Shown here: positions 9,625-17,261 of the stretch, one piece after another
Layout of the letters: each line of letters opens with the position of its first letter
Position numbering within the stretch: the stretch's first letter is position 1
Assembly (NCBI GenBank): GCA_945896765.1
Contig: CAMDEL010000001.1
Coordinates: forward strand, 1-33,906
Direction of reading: 5' to 3'
Length of the DNA stretch: 33,906 nt
Origin: Singulisphaera sp. GP187
GTDB taxonomy: Bacteria > Planctomycetota > Phycisphaerae > Phycisphaerales > SM1A02
Program-made: the position numbers and the translations under genes
Notes under the pieces: model-generated
The model's input: only the letters and a program-made list of their open reading frames with translations
Databases searched by the model: none
Told to the model about the DNA's origin: nothing

Positions 9625-10269
9625 ATGATGATCCATGATGTCACAAAGGTGGTTGGAAAAGACAAACTTCGTATGCGCGTTGGTCGCGGTGAAGGTAGTG
9701 GCAAGGGCGGCACAAGCGGTCGCGGTCACAACGGTGCGAAGAGTCGTGCAGGTTGGACAAGTCGTCCTGGATATCAGGGTGGATCGACTCCGCTGCTTCG
9801 ACGATTTCCAAAGCGCGGATTTTCCAATTCAGATTTCCGAGTTGATTACCACGTCGTCAATGTTGCGGATCTTGCAAAGCATTTCAAAGCAGGAACAGTT
9901 GTTGATGGCAATGCTCTTGCCTCAGTTGGACTGATTCGCGACACCAAGCTTCCGCTGAAGATCTTGGGTAACGGAGATCTCGCAGTCAAATTGAATGTCA
10001 CAGCTGATCGATTCTCTGGACAAGCAAAGTCCAAGATCGAAGCTGCTGGCGGAACTGCTGTCTTGACCCCTTATGCCGCAAAGGATGCTGCCAAAGCTCA
10101 AGCAGAAGCAGAAGTCGAAGCCACGAAGAAGGCAAATGCTGCCAAGCGTGCTCCAAAGGCAAAGGAAGTTGCAGAACCTGCGGTTCCGGCAGAAGCCAAA
10201 GCAGAAAAGAAGCAAGAGAAGAAAGATAAGCCAGCGAAGAAGCAAGACAAGACCGAAGACAAGAGTTAA
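9625..10269 (+). CDS. rplO: 50S ribosomal protein L15 (uL15) with a Lys/Ala/Glu-rich C-terminal extension
   Basis: 214 aa. The L15 N-terminal G/R-rich region (RVGRGEGSGKGGTSGRGHNG) is present. GAGGAA Shine-Dalgarno. ATG ATG tandem start, so 9628 is also possible. Confidence 0.94.
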   Translation: MMIHDVTKVVGKDKLRMRVGRGEGSGKGGTSGRGHNGAKSRAGWTSRPGYQGGSTPLLRRFPKRGFSNSDFRVDYHVVNVADLAKHFKAGTVVDGNALASVGLIRDTKLPLKILGNGDLAVKLNVTADRFSGQAKSKIEAAGGTAVLTPYAAKDAAKAQAEAEVEATKKANAAKRAPKAKEVAEPAVPAEAKAEKKQEKKDKPAKKQDKTEDKS

Positions 10270-10293
10270 GACAAGAACTGATCCCTCAAAATT

Positions 10294-11706
10294 ATGCTCC
10301 AAGCATTTGCAAACATCTTCCGAATTCGCGACCTTCGCAACAAAGTGTTTTTCACTTTGGGCGTCTTGGTCATTTATCGAATTGGTTTTTGGATCCCGCT
10401 GTTGGGAGTCGATCAAACGGAACTTGCCAAGGCTGCATCCCGTGCATCAGTCGATCAGAGTGGATTCGGTCGATTGCTTGAATACGCATCGATCTTCTCT
10501 GGCGGCTCTTTGCAGCAGTCGACGATCTTCGGATTGGGAATTATGCCGTACATCACGGCGAGCATTATCTTTCAGTTGTTGCAGGCGGTCGTTCCATCGC
10601 TGCAAGAACTCAAGAAAGACGGAATGTCTGGACAACAGAAGATCATGGAGTGGACGCGTTACGCAACCGTCGGACTCTGTTTGTTGCAAGGTCTTATGTG
10701 GTTGGGATTCCTCCGCACGCAGAATTTGGTTCAACCTCAATTCCAACTCGGTGGCGGCTTGGTCATCTTCTATGTCTCTGGAATCTCTGCACTCACAGCA
10801 GGAAGTCTCTTCCTTATGTGGTTGGGCGAACAAGTTGACAAGTATGGAATCGGCAACGGTGTTTCGATCATTCTGACCGCGGGAATTCTGTCACGAATGC
10901 CAAGTGCTGCAACTTGGATCGTTAAGAATTTCGATGCAAGTCTTCAAGGCGGCGATGCAAAGATCGGCGTTGTTGGCTTGCTCATTCTGCTCGCAGGCTT
11001 CCTATTCGTTGTTGGCGGCGCGATCATTATCACCGTGGCACAGCGCCGAATTCCAATTCAACAAGCAAAGCACACGCGTGGTCGCAAAGTGTTTGGCGGT
11101 CAACGTCATTACTTGCCTCTTCGAATCAACCACGCTGGTGTGATGCCGATCATCTTTTCAAGCACGCTGATGATGTTCCCAGCATCGGGTTGCGCATGGC
11201 TTGCGTCACGCGCTGCAGCAGCGGATGCATCATCAACTTGGTCCAGCATCACGAGTTTCATTGCACAGAATTTGCAAATCGGGTCATATCCATATGTCGT
11301 GATTGAGATTCTGTTGATCTATTTCTTCTCATACTTTTGGACGACTGTTCAGTTGTCTCCAACAGACATGTCCAAACAACTTCGCGATCACGGGTCTTTC
11401 ATCCCTGGTCTACGACCTGGCCCACGCACTGCCGAATATTTGGAAACCGTCATTTCACGGATCACGTATGTCGGAGCTGGTGCTCTGGCACTCATCGCAA
11501 TCATCCCAACGATCGTCAGCGAACAACTTGGAATTCCATTCTTTGTCGCGCAGTTCCTTGGCGGAACGGGTCTGCTCATCGTGGTCAGCGTTGCATTGGA
11601 TCTTGTCCAACGTATTGAAGCAAACCTATTGATGCGAAACTATTCGGGATTCCTCACGACAGGGACAAACGACTCTGGTCCACGCATTCGATCGGCAAGA
11701 GGTTAA
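10294..11706 (+). CDS. secY: Preprotein translocase subunit SecY
   Basis: 470 aa. Multi-pass membrane profile with GIMPYITASIIFQLL and GNGVSIIL motifs. Canonical position after rplO. Confidence 0.96.
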   Translation: MLQAFANIFRIRDLRNKVFFTLGVLVIYRIGFWIPLLGVDQTELAKAASRASVDQSGFGRLLEYASIFSGGSLQQSTIFGLGIMPYITASIIFQLLQAVVPSLQELKKDGMSGQQKIMEWTRYATVGLCLLQGLMWLGFLRTQNLVQPQFQLGGGLVIFYVSGISALTAGSLFLMWLGEQVDKYGIGNGVSIILTAGILSRMPSAATWIVKNFDASLQGGDAKIGVVGLLILLAGFLFVVGGAIIITVAQRRIPIQQAKHTRGRKVFGGQRHYLPLRINHAGVMPIIFSSTLMMFPASGCAWLASRAAAADASSTWSSITSFIAQNLQIGSYPYVVIEILLIYFFSYFWTTVQLSPTDMSKQLRDHGSFIPGLRPGPRTAEYLETVISRITYVGAGALALIAIIPTIVSEQLGIPFFVAQFLGGTGLLIVVSVALDLVQRIEANLLMRNYSGFLTTGTNDSGPRIRSARG

Positions 11707-11713
11707 ATCAGAA

Positions 11714-12772
11714 ATGGTCACGATCAGAACAACTCCAAGCCGAACAACTCCAAGCGAAGTTCTCACCGACGCCGATACACGGCGTGGTGGAGTTGTTGCA
11801 ACTGTGCGCTTGGGTGAATCGACTGTTGTTCGACGAAGTCACGCAAGCAATGGACCGCAAGTTGGCGGAGGACGTCAAGTCGAACTTCGAACTGCTGTTG
11901 AAATTGAAGCGATTCAAGCTGCAGCGATTGTCGCTCGCGCTGCAGTCGATGCGGCTCTTCGATGCGCGGTCATCGGAGCAACGCCAGCTTCGTTGGCATC
12001 GATTGCATCTGGAATTATCGCTGCAGAACGAGCGGAAAGTTTGGTTCAGAATCTGGCGATCGAATCACGAGTGGCTGGTCATGCTGGTCATGCTGGTCAT
12101 GCTGGTCATGCTGGTCATGCCGCATTCCCCGCGTCTTGCTGCATCGCAGTCAATGATCGATTGATTCACGCTGTTCCATCTGATGAACCTCTCTGTGATG
12201 GTGATGTTGTCACTGTCGATGTCGCTGTTCGATTGGGTGGATGGTGCGCTGATGTTGCTGACTGCGTCGTCATCGGTCGTGGAACGAGCAGATCTCATGC
12301 GATGGTCAGCGGATGTCACGAAATGCTCGAAGTCGCCTTGGCAACGATGGCTCCAGGAGTTCGTTGGTCACAAGTCGCAAAGAAAATGCAAGATGTTGCC
12401 GAAGCTCGAAGCCTTGGCCTCGTCACTGGCTACGCAGGTCATGGAATTGGTCGCGCTCTGCACGAAGCGCCGATCGCGCCATGCGGAATCGAAGCTGGTT
12501 TTGTTGAACGTGGAGATTTCACTCTCTTGCCAGACATGGTGTTGTCGGTCGAGCCAACAGTTGTTTCTCGTCCAGATGGGATTCGCTCGGTTGATGCCGA
12601 CGGATTTGCCATCGGATGCCGGCTTGTTGCTTGCTCTGATGGTTGGACAATGCGAACTGAAAGTGGTGCCGCAGGTTGCTCAGTGGAGCGCACAGTTGTC
12701 ATCACTCGAAGTGGTTGCGAAATTCTGGATGAAATGTTTGATGGATCGCGTAGCTCTATCAATAGGAGTTAA
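11714..12772 (+). CDS. map: Type I methionine aminopeptidase with an N-terminal extension and an internal (Ala-Gly-His)x5 repeat
   Basis: The MAP core aligns by eye with E. coli MAP. Metal-ligand positions are retained (TVD, CAD, GHGIG, VEP, VERT). The start is uncertain: the ATG at 11714 gives a ~55-aa extension, and in-frame GTG 11804 or TTG 11810 are alternatives. Confidence 0.88.
   Translation: MVTIRTTPSRTTPSEVLTDADTRRGGVVATVRLGESTVVRRSHASNGPQVGGGRQVELRTAVEIEAIQAAAIVARAAVDAALRCAVIGATPASLASIASGIIAAERAESLVQNLAIESRVAGHAGHAGHAGHAGHAAFPASCCIAVNDRLIHAVPSDEPLCDGDVVTVDVAVRLGGWCADVADCVVIGRGTSRSHAMVSGCHEMLEVALATMAPGVRWSQVAKKMQDVAEARSLGLVTGYAGHGIGRALHEAPIAPCGIEAGFVERGDFTLLPDMVLSVEPTVVSRPDGIRSVDADGFAIGCRLVACSDGWTMRTESGAAGCSVERTVVITRSGCEILDEMFDGSRSSINRS
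11726..11755 (+). repeat. 15-bp tandem duplication (14/15 identical) inside the map 5' region, encoding RTTPS RTTPS
   Basis: AGAACAACTCCAAGC followed by CGAACAACTCCAAGC, read directly. Confidence 0.9.
12074..12118 (+). repeat. Perfect 9-bp tandem repeat GCTGGTCAT x5 inside map
   Basis: Five identical in-frame units counted directly. They encode AGH x5 immediately before the HAAFP motif. Confidence 0.98.
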
Positions 12773-12781
12773 AAACTATAA

Positions 12782-12997
12782 ATGGCCAAAGAAGAAAAGA
12801 TCACCCTCGAAGCCGAAGTCACTGAAGCATTGCCTGATGCGATGTTTCGAGTCAAACTTCAGAATGGCCATGAAATTCTGGCCTATGTCAGCGGCAAGAT
12901 GAGAAAGTTCTTCATCAGAATTCTTCCAGGCGATCGAGTCACGATTGAAATGAGCCCATACGACATGACCAAGGGCAGAATCACTTTCAGGCAGTAA
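12782..12997 (+). CDS. infA: Translation initiation factor IF-1
   Basis: 71 aa. MAKEEKI to GRITFRQ with the S1-like fold motifs ([21 protein letters not shown]). Confidence 0.97.
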   Translation: MAKEEKITLEAEVTEALPDAMFRVKLQNGHEILAYVSGKMRKFFIRILPGDRVTIEMSPYDMTKGRITFRQ

Positions 12998-12998
12998 G

Positions 12999-13020
12999 AC
13001 GAAACAAGAACGAAACAAGA
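12999..13020. repeat. Perfect 11-bp tandem duplication ACGAAACAAGA x2 just after the infA stop
   Basis: Read directly. Confidence 0.9.
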
Positions 13021-13087
13021 TCAAGCACAACAGTAAATTTTCACCCCCAACTCAAACAAAGATTCATCAATATTTACGGAGTTACTT

Positions 13088-13204
13088 ATGAAGGTTAGAA
13101 GCAGTATCAAGCGCAGAACACTCGATTGCCAGATTGTTGTCCGAAAGGGCAAGCGCTTTGTCATAAACAAGAAGAACCCAAGACTGAAGCAACGACAAGG
13201 ATGA
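13088..13204 (+). CDS. rpmJ: 50S ribosomal protein L36 (bL36), form lacking most zinc ligands
   Basis: 38-codon ORF below the ORF-track cut-off: [44 protein letters not shown] Shine-Dalgarno 6 nt upstream. Canonical position between infA and rpsM. Confidence 0.9.
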   Translation: MKVRSSIKRRTLDCQIVVRKGKRFVINKKNPRLKQRQG

Positions 13205-13270
13205 TCCCAAGGATGATTCAAAGCGATGATCCAAAGCTGAATCAAAACTGAAACCACATCGGAGAAAACT

Positions 13271-13648
13271 ATGCCACGTATTGCCGGTATCGACATTCCA
13301 GACAAAAAGAAAATCCTCTTTTCACTCCAGTACATCCACGGTATCGGCCCAAAGGGCGCCGAGAAGATCTTGGAAAAGACTGGCATTGATCCCAATCGCC
13401 GAACGCACACACTTGGCGATCAGGAACTTGCAGCGATCTCGAAGGAGATCGATGATGGTTACATCGTTGAAGGTGCTCTGCGACGTCAAGTTGCGCAGGA
13501 CATTCAACGACTCAAGGACATTCATGCGTATCGCGGAGAGCGACATCGTCGTTCATTGCCATGTCGTGGACAGCGCACTCGTACCAATGCTCGTACTCGC
13601 AAGGGTAAGAAGAAGACCGTCGCTGGTAAGAAGGGCGTAAACGGTTAA
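13271..13648 (+). CDS. rpsM: 30S ribosomal protein S13 (uS13)
   Basis: 125 aa. [11 protein letters not shown]-terminus and a basic C-terminus. Confidence 0.97.
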   Translation: MPRIAGIDIPDKKKILFSLQYIHGIGPKGAEKILEKTGIDPNRRTHTLGDQELAAISKEIDDGYIVEGALRRQVAQDIQRLKDIHAYRGERHRRSLPCRGQRTRTNARTRKGKKKTVAGKKGVNG

Positions 13649-13675
13649 TCCAAAGATTCAACCAGAGAAAAAACT

Positions 13676-14050
13676 ATGTCGAAGAAACCAAAGATTCGTA
13701 AGAACGTTATTAAGGGCATCGTGAATGTGAGCGCTTCGTTCAACAACACGATCGTCACAATTACAGACACCAACGGCGAGACCATTTGCTGGGACTCGGC
13801 TGGAAGTGTTGGATTTAAGGGCGCGCGCAAGAGCACGCCATTTGCTGCGAGTCGTGCAAGCGAGCGAGCGGCGGGGAAGGCCCGTCGTATCGGCATGCGC
13901 GAGGTCGAAGTTCGGGTCCGTGGCGCTGGCCCCGGCCGAGAATCAGCTGTCACCGCTCTTCAAGCCAACGGGCTGAAGGTGCTGACGATTGAAGATCAGA
14001 CACCGCTTCCTTTCAACGGATGCCGATCGCCAAAGAAGCGACGCGTCTAA
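13676..14050 (+). CDS. rpsK: 30S ribosomal protein S11 (uS11)
   Basis: 124 aa with [13 protein letters not shown] and a [13 protein letters not shown] end. Confidence 0.97.
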   Translation: MSKKPKIRKNVIKGIVNVSASFNNTIVTITDTNGETICWDSAGSVGFKGARKSTPFAASRASERAAGKARRIGMREVEVRVRGAGPGRESAVTALQANGLKVLTIEDQTPLPFNGCRSPKKRRV

Positions 14051-14082
14051 CATCATCTTTCGCCTATTGCCCCAAAGCAGGG

Positions 14083-14111
14083 CCGCAGAGCAACCCGGCA
14101 GGGTTCTGCGG
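14083..14111 (+). promoter_or_regulatory. Stem-loop in the rpsK-rpoA spacer (7 bp, 3-nt bulge, 4 bp, GGCA loop)
   Basis: CCGCAGA(GCA)ACCC, GGCA loop, GGGT TCTGCGG, paired by hand. No U-tract follows, so it is not a classic terminator. Confidence 0.25.
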
Positions 14112-14174
14112 TTCCGATCGGGGCTAGGCTCGTTCTGTTCGGACTGGATACTGCCGCATTAGGAGATTTGAATC

Positions 14175-15176
14175 ATGCATATTCGATGGAGAGGTCTTGA
14201 ATTACCGGGTCGTGTGACTGCTGATAAAACCAGTATGACCACGACATTTGGCCGTTTTTCCGCTGAGCCTTTTGAGCGCGGATTCGGTACCACCATTGGC
14301 AACAGCCTTCGTCGCATTTTGCTTTCAAGCATCGAAGGTGCGGCGATTACGAAATTGGCAATCGCAGGAATCACCCATGAATTTTCTTCGATCCCAGGAG
14401 TTGTTCAGGATGTCTCTGACATCTTGCTCAATATCAAAGGACTGATCGTGGAGATGGACGGCGATGAAACCAAGAAAGTGCACATTCGAGTGGAAGGCCC
14501 GTGCGATGTCACTGGCGCGTCCATTGAATCAGATGCTTCGGTTCGCATTCTCAATCCAGATCATGTCATTTGCAGAGTGAATGACAAGGTTCGCTTTGAA
14601 GTTGAACTCACGGTCAATCGAGGTCGTGGATATCAACCTGCAAGTGAGCAATACAACACCGAAGAAGATCAGGTCATTGGAGAAATTCCAGTCGACGCAA
14701 TTTTCACGCCAGTTCTACGCGTTCGTTATCGCGTGGAAGACACGCGCGTCGGTCAGCGTATGAATTACGAGCGTCTCGTTCTTGATGTTTGGACCAACGG
14801 CACAGTGACTCCAGAGATGGCAGTCGTTGAAGCAGGCAAGATTCTTCGCAAGCATGTCAATCCATTCGTGCAGTTTGATTCGGCTGGAGATGAAATGGTT
14901 GATCAAGGACTCTCCTCCGATCAAGAAGTTGATAGTGATTTGGATCGCAAACTTTCCATGACTATCGCGGATCTGAATCTTGGTGTGCGCGGTACGAATT
15001 GCCTGCAAACTGCGGGGATTACTACTGTCGGACAACTCGTGCAAAAGACCGAAGCCGATCTGATGGAACTCCGTTCCTTCGGTCGGACTTCATTCACTGA
15101 AATCGAGAGTCGTCTGCAAGAGCTCGGTTTATCGCTCGGTATGCAAGTATCAGAAGGCTCTTCGTCGAAAGCCTGA
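14175..15176 (+). CDS. rpoA: DNA-directed RNA polymerase subunit alpha
   Basis: 333 aa. N-terminal domain motif GNSLRRILLSSIEGAAI. C-terminal domain with LNLGVRGTNCL and LRSFGRTSFTEI. Confidence 0.97.
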   Translation: MHIRWRGLELPGRVTADKTSMTTTFGRFSAEPFERGFGTTIGNSLRRILLSSIEGAAITKLAIAGITHEFSSIPGVVQDVSDILLNIKGLIVEMDGDETKKVHIRVEGPCDVTGASIESDASVRILNPDHVICRVNDKVRFEVELTVNRGRGYQPASEQYNTEEDQVIGEIPVDAIFTPVLRVRYRVEDTRVGQRMNYERLVLDVWTNGTVTPEMAVVEAGKILRKHVNPFVQFDSAGDEMVDQGLSSDQEVDSDLDRKLSMTIADLNLGVRGTNCLQTAGITTVGQLVQKTEADLMELRSFGRTSFTEIESRLQELGLSLGMQVSEGSSSKA

Positions 15177-15197
15177 AATTAGAAGGAGTATTGAAAA

Positions 15198-15821
15198 ATG
15201 AGACATCGTGTAGCCGGTAAACAACTCTGTTTGGAAAGCGATCATCGCAAAGCATTGCTGCGCAATTTGGCAGCAGGACTTTTTGAGCATGGCGAAATCG
15301 TCACGACTCTGACTAAGGCGAAAGCCGTCAAGCCGTACGTGGAACGCCTGATCACAATCGCTCGACATCGCACTCTTGCGGCTCGTCGTTTGCTTCACAG
15401 CAGATTGACTGACCGTGCAGTGTTTGCTTGGATTGCTGATCCCAATGTCAAGGAAGAACGCAAGACGAGCGCATACTGGGCCCTCCCAGCAGCGAGCGAG
15501 ATTGAGTTCAACCGCTATGGCGAACTTCGAAAGTCGCCGCGCTTGGTTCATCATTTGATGACCCGAGTTGCGCCGCTCTTTACGGATCGACCAGGTGGTT
15601 ACACACGCATCGTCAAACTGGATCGACGCCGAATCGGAGATGCGACAAATTTGGTCGTGCTTCAACTCGTCGGCCGTGAAGGTGGATCGCAAGTTTCAGG
15701 TGGAAGTTCAGTTCGTCGAACCACTGCGGATAAACGAACTGCTTTCGCAGCAAAGATTCGTAAGGAAACAACGAAGGCTGAAAGCAAACCAGAGAACATG
15801 CCAGAGAACAAGCCAGAGTAA
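15198..15821 (+). CDS. rplQ: 50S ribosomal protein L17 (bL17) with an internal insertion and a C-terminal extension
   Basis: 207 aa. MRHRVAGKQL to RPGGYTRIVKL core, with ~40 extra residues in the middle and a basic/acidic tail. Confidence 0.94.
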   Translation: MRHRVAGKQLCLESDHRKALLRNLAAGLFEHGEIVTTLTKAKAVKPYVERLITIARHRTLAARRLLHSRLTDRAVFAWIADPNVKEERKTSAYWALPAASEIEFNRYGELRKSPRLVHHLMTRVAPLFTDRPGGYTRIVKLDRRRIGDATNLVVLQLVGREGGSQVSGGSSVRRTTADKRTAFAAKIRKETTKAESKPENMPENKPE

Positions 15822-15875
15822 GTTTCTGTTTCTGAATTCCGGGTTATTTACAACGCAAATTCATTCCTTCGCCAG

Positions 15876-16868
15876 CTAAAACTGGCGGAGGAATCTTGCG
15901 TCGTTTTCGAAGAGCCATCGGATATCGCTGATGCCATAGCGGCGCATCGCAATTCGCTCAATTCCTAGACCGAATGCATAGCCGCGCCATTCTTCAGGAT
16001 CGATTCCAACTGCGGCAAAGACGTTTGGATCGACCATGCCACATCCGCCGATTTCAACCCATTGCCATTGACCTCGGATGTGCATTTTCATGTCGACTTC
16101 TGCAGAAGGTTCGGTGAATGGGAAAAAGCTTGGGCGCATTCGCACTTCAGCATCTTTGCCGAAATAGGCGTGCGCAAATTGCAGAAGTGCGGTCTTGAGA
16201 TCGACGAGGGAAAGATTGCGATCGACGCACAATCCTTCGATCTGGTGAAACATCGAGAAGTGAGTCGCGTCGTGGGTGTCTGGTCGATAGACGCGACCAA
16301 CCGCCACCACCTTCAGCGGAAGAGGTTGCGTTTCCATCGCACGAATTTGCACAGTGGAAGTCTGCGTTCGCAGCAGTCGCTTCACGCCGGACTGTTCACC
16401 CATATAAAAATTATCCGTAGCGTCGCGCGCGGGATGACCTTCTGGAATATTGAGCGCCGTAAAATTATGCCATTCATCTTCTACCTCTGGACCATCCGCA
16501 ACGGCGAATCCCATTTGCCCAAAGACGTCGATGATTTCATCAATCGTTCTGGAGAGAATGTGCCGGCGACCTTCGCCAAGTGTGACACCCGGTTCGGTGA
16601 CATCAATAGAAGGACCAATGGGCGCAGTACCCAGAAGATTCTTCTGACTTTCGAAAGAAGCTTCGAGTTGCAACTTGAGTTCGTTGAGTCGCTTTCCGAG
16701 TTCTGGTTTTTGATCGCGGGGCGCATCTTTGAGCAGAGACATAAGCGCTTTCAATTCTCCGTTCGTACCTAGGTATTTTGTTCGCCAGATTTCGACTTGC
16801 GCTGGTGATTTTGCAGCAACAAGTTCTGACTCTCCTTGGAGCTGGAGCGAATTGATTTTGTCAATCAT
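15876..16868 (-). CDS. pheS: Phenylalanine--tRNA ligase alpha subunit
   Basis: 330 aa from the ATG at 16868 (MIDKINSLQ). Colinear with E. coli PheS (327 aa), with motifs HPARD, LLRTQTS, FHQIEG and FPFTEPS. The upstream 96 codons of the ORF-track ORF run through tandem repeats and are not homologous. Confidence 0.95.
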   Translation of the reverse strand: MIDKINSLQLQGESELVAAKSPAQVEIWRTKYLGTNGELKALMSLLKDAPRDQKPELGKRLNELKLQLEASFESQKNLLGTAPIGPSIDVTEPGVTLGEGRRHILSRTIDEIIDVFGQMGFAVADGPEVEDEWHNFTALNIPEGHPARDATDNFYMGEQSGVKRLLRTQTSTVQIRAMETQPLPLKVVAVGRVYRPDTHDATHFSMFHQIEGLCVDRNLSLVDLKTALLQFAHAYFGKDAEVRMRPSFFPFTEPSAEVDMKMHIRGQWQWVEIGGCGMVDPNVFAAVGIDPEEWRGYAFGLGIERIAMRRYGISDIRWLFENDARFLRQF

Positions 16869-16953
16869 CGGTGGCCAAATTGAAAGGCGTCGAATTGCAA
16901 GCCATCGGGGTGGAAGTGTAGGGATTTTGTCCCGTGTTTGTCTCGGCAGGGTC

Positions 16954-16998
16954 GGGTCGCATTCTCGGGTCTTTGGATATGAACCGAGAATACGACCC
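16954..16998 (-). promoter_or_regulatory. 15-bp stem / 15-nt loop hairpin in the pheS 5' leader
   Basis: GGGTCGCATTCTCGG (16954-16968) pairs with CCGAGAATACGACCC (16984-16998). The single C-A mismatch on the + strand becomes a G-U wobble on the minus (pheS-sense) strand. Confidence 0.45.
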
Positions 16999-17016
16999 CG
17001 ACACCTGTCGGGATGC

Positions 17017-17098
17017 TCCCCAAGAACTGATCCCCAAGAACTGATCCCCCAGAACTGATCCCCCAGAACTGATCCCCAGAACTGATCCCCAGAATTGA
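17017..17098. repeat. Six tandem 13/14-bp repeats TCCCC(A/C)AGAACTGA in the pheS / sigma-factor divergent intergenic region
   Basis: Units counted directly: 17017, 17031, 17045, 17059 (14 bp each), then 17073 and 17086 (13 bp each). Confidence 0.95.
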
Positions 17099-17225
17099 AG
17101 CTGACACACACACTCCCGAAATCTAAAAATCCGCAACCGTGCAGATTGAAACACAAACCACCTGGAAGGACTCGACATAGAGATAGATAATCAAGGGGTG
17201 GGCATTGAGAAAAATCCTAAATTTC

Positions 17226-17253
17226 TTGCAAAAATCATAAAATCGCTCATAAT
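17226..17253 (+). promoter_or_regulatory. Candidate promoter TTGCAA, 16 nt, CATAAT, ending 8 nt before the sigma-factor ATG (leaderless or near-leaderless)
   Basis: TTGCAA at 17226-17231 and CATAAT at 17248-17253, with the ATG at 17262 and no Shine-Dalgarno in between. Confidence 0.35.
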
Positions 17254-17261
17254 TAACGAAT

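Noticed and set aside
9338-9628. ORFs on both strands within the S5 Gly-rich tail (9338-9628 on the + strand, 9359-9559 on the - strand)
   Set aside because: They are artefacts of GGN/GCN repeat composition. The S5 frame is continuous with a bona fide S5 core.
10073-10876. 267-aa plus-strand ORF bridging the rplO 3' end and the secY 5' end
   Set aside because: It is an alternative frame of the Lys-rich L15 tail and of secY, with an arbitrary basic low-complexity product. The rplO and secY frames are both supported by homology.
12183-12902. 239-aa alternative-frame ORF across map and infA
   Set aside because: It is out of frame with two homology-supported genes and has no motifs.
17017-17098. 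Phe-codon leader peptide (pheM-like attenuator) or T-box upstream of pheS
   Set aside because: TTC occurs in the repeat, but the 13/14-bp period breaks any frame, and no short ORF has consecutive Phe codons. No T-box consensus or specifier-loop architecture was seen.
16869-17156. N-terminal 96-codon extension of pheS offered by the ORF track (start 17156)
   Set aside because: The extension reads through the 13/14-bp tandem repeats and resembles nothing in PheS. E. coli PheS aligns from the ATG at 16868 with nearly identical length.
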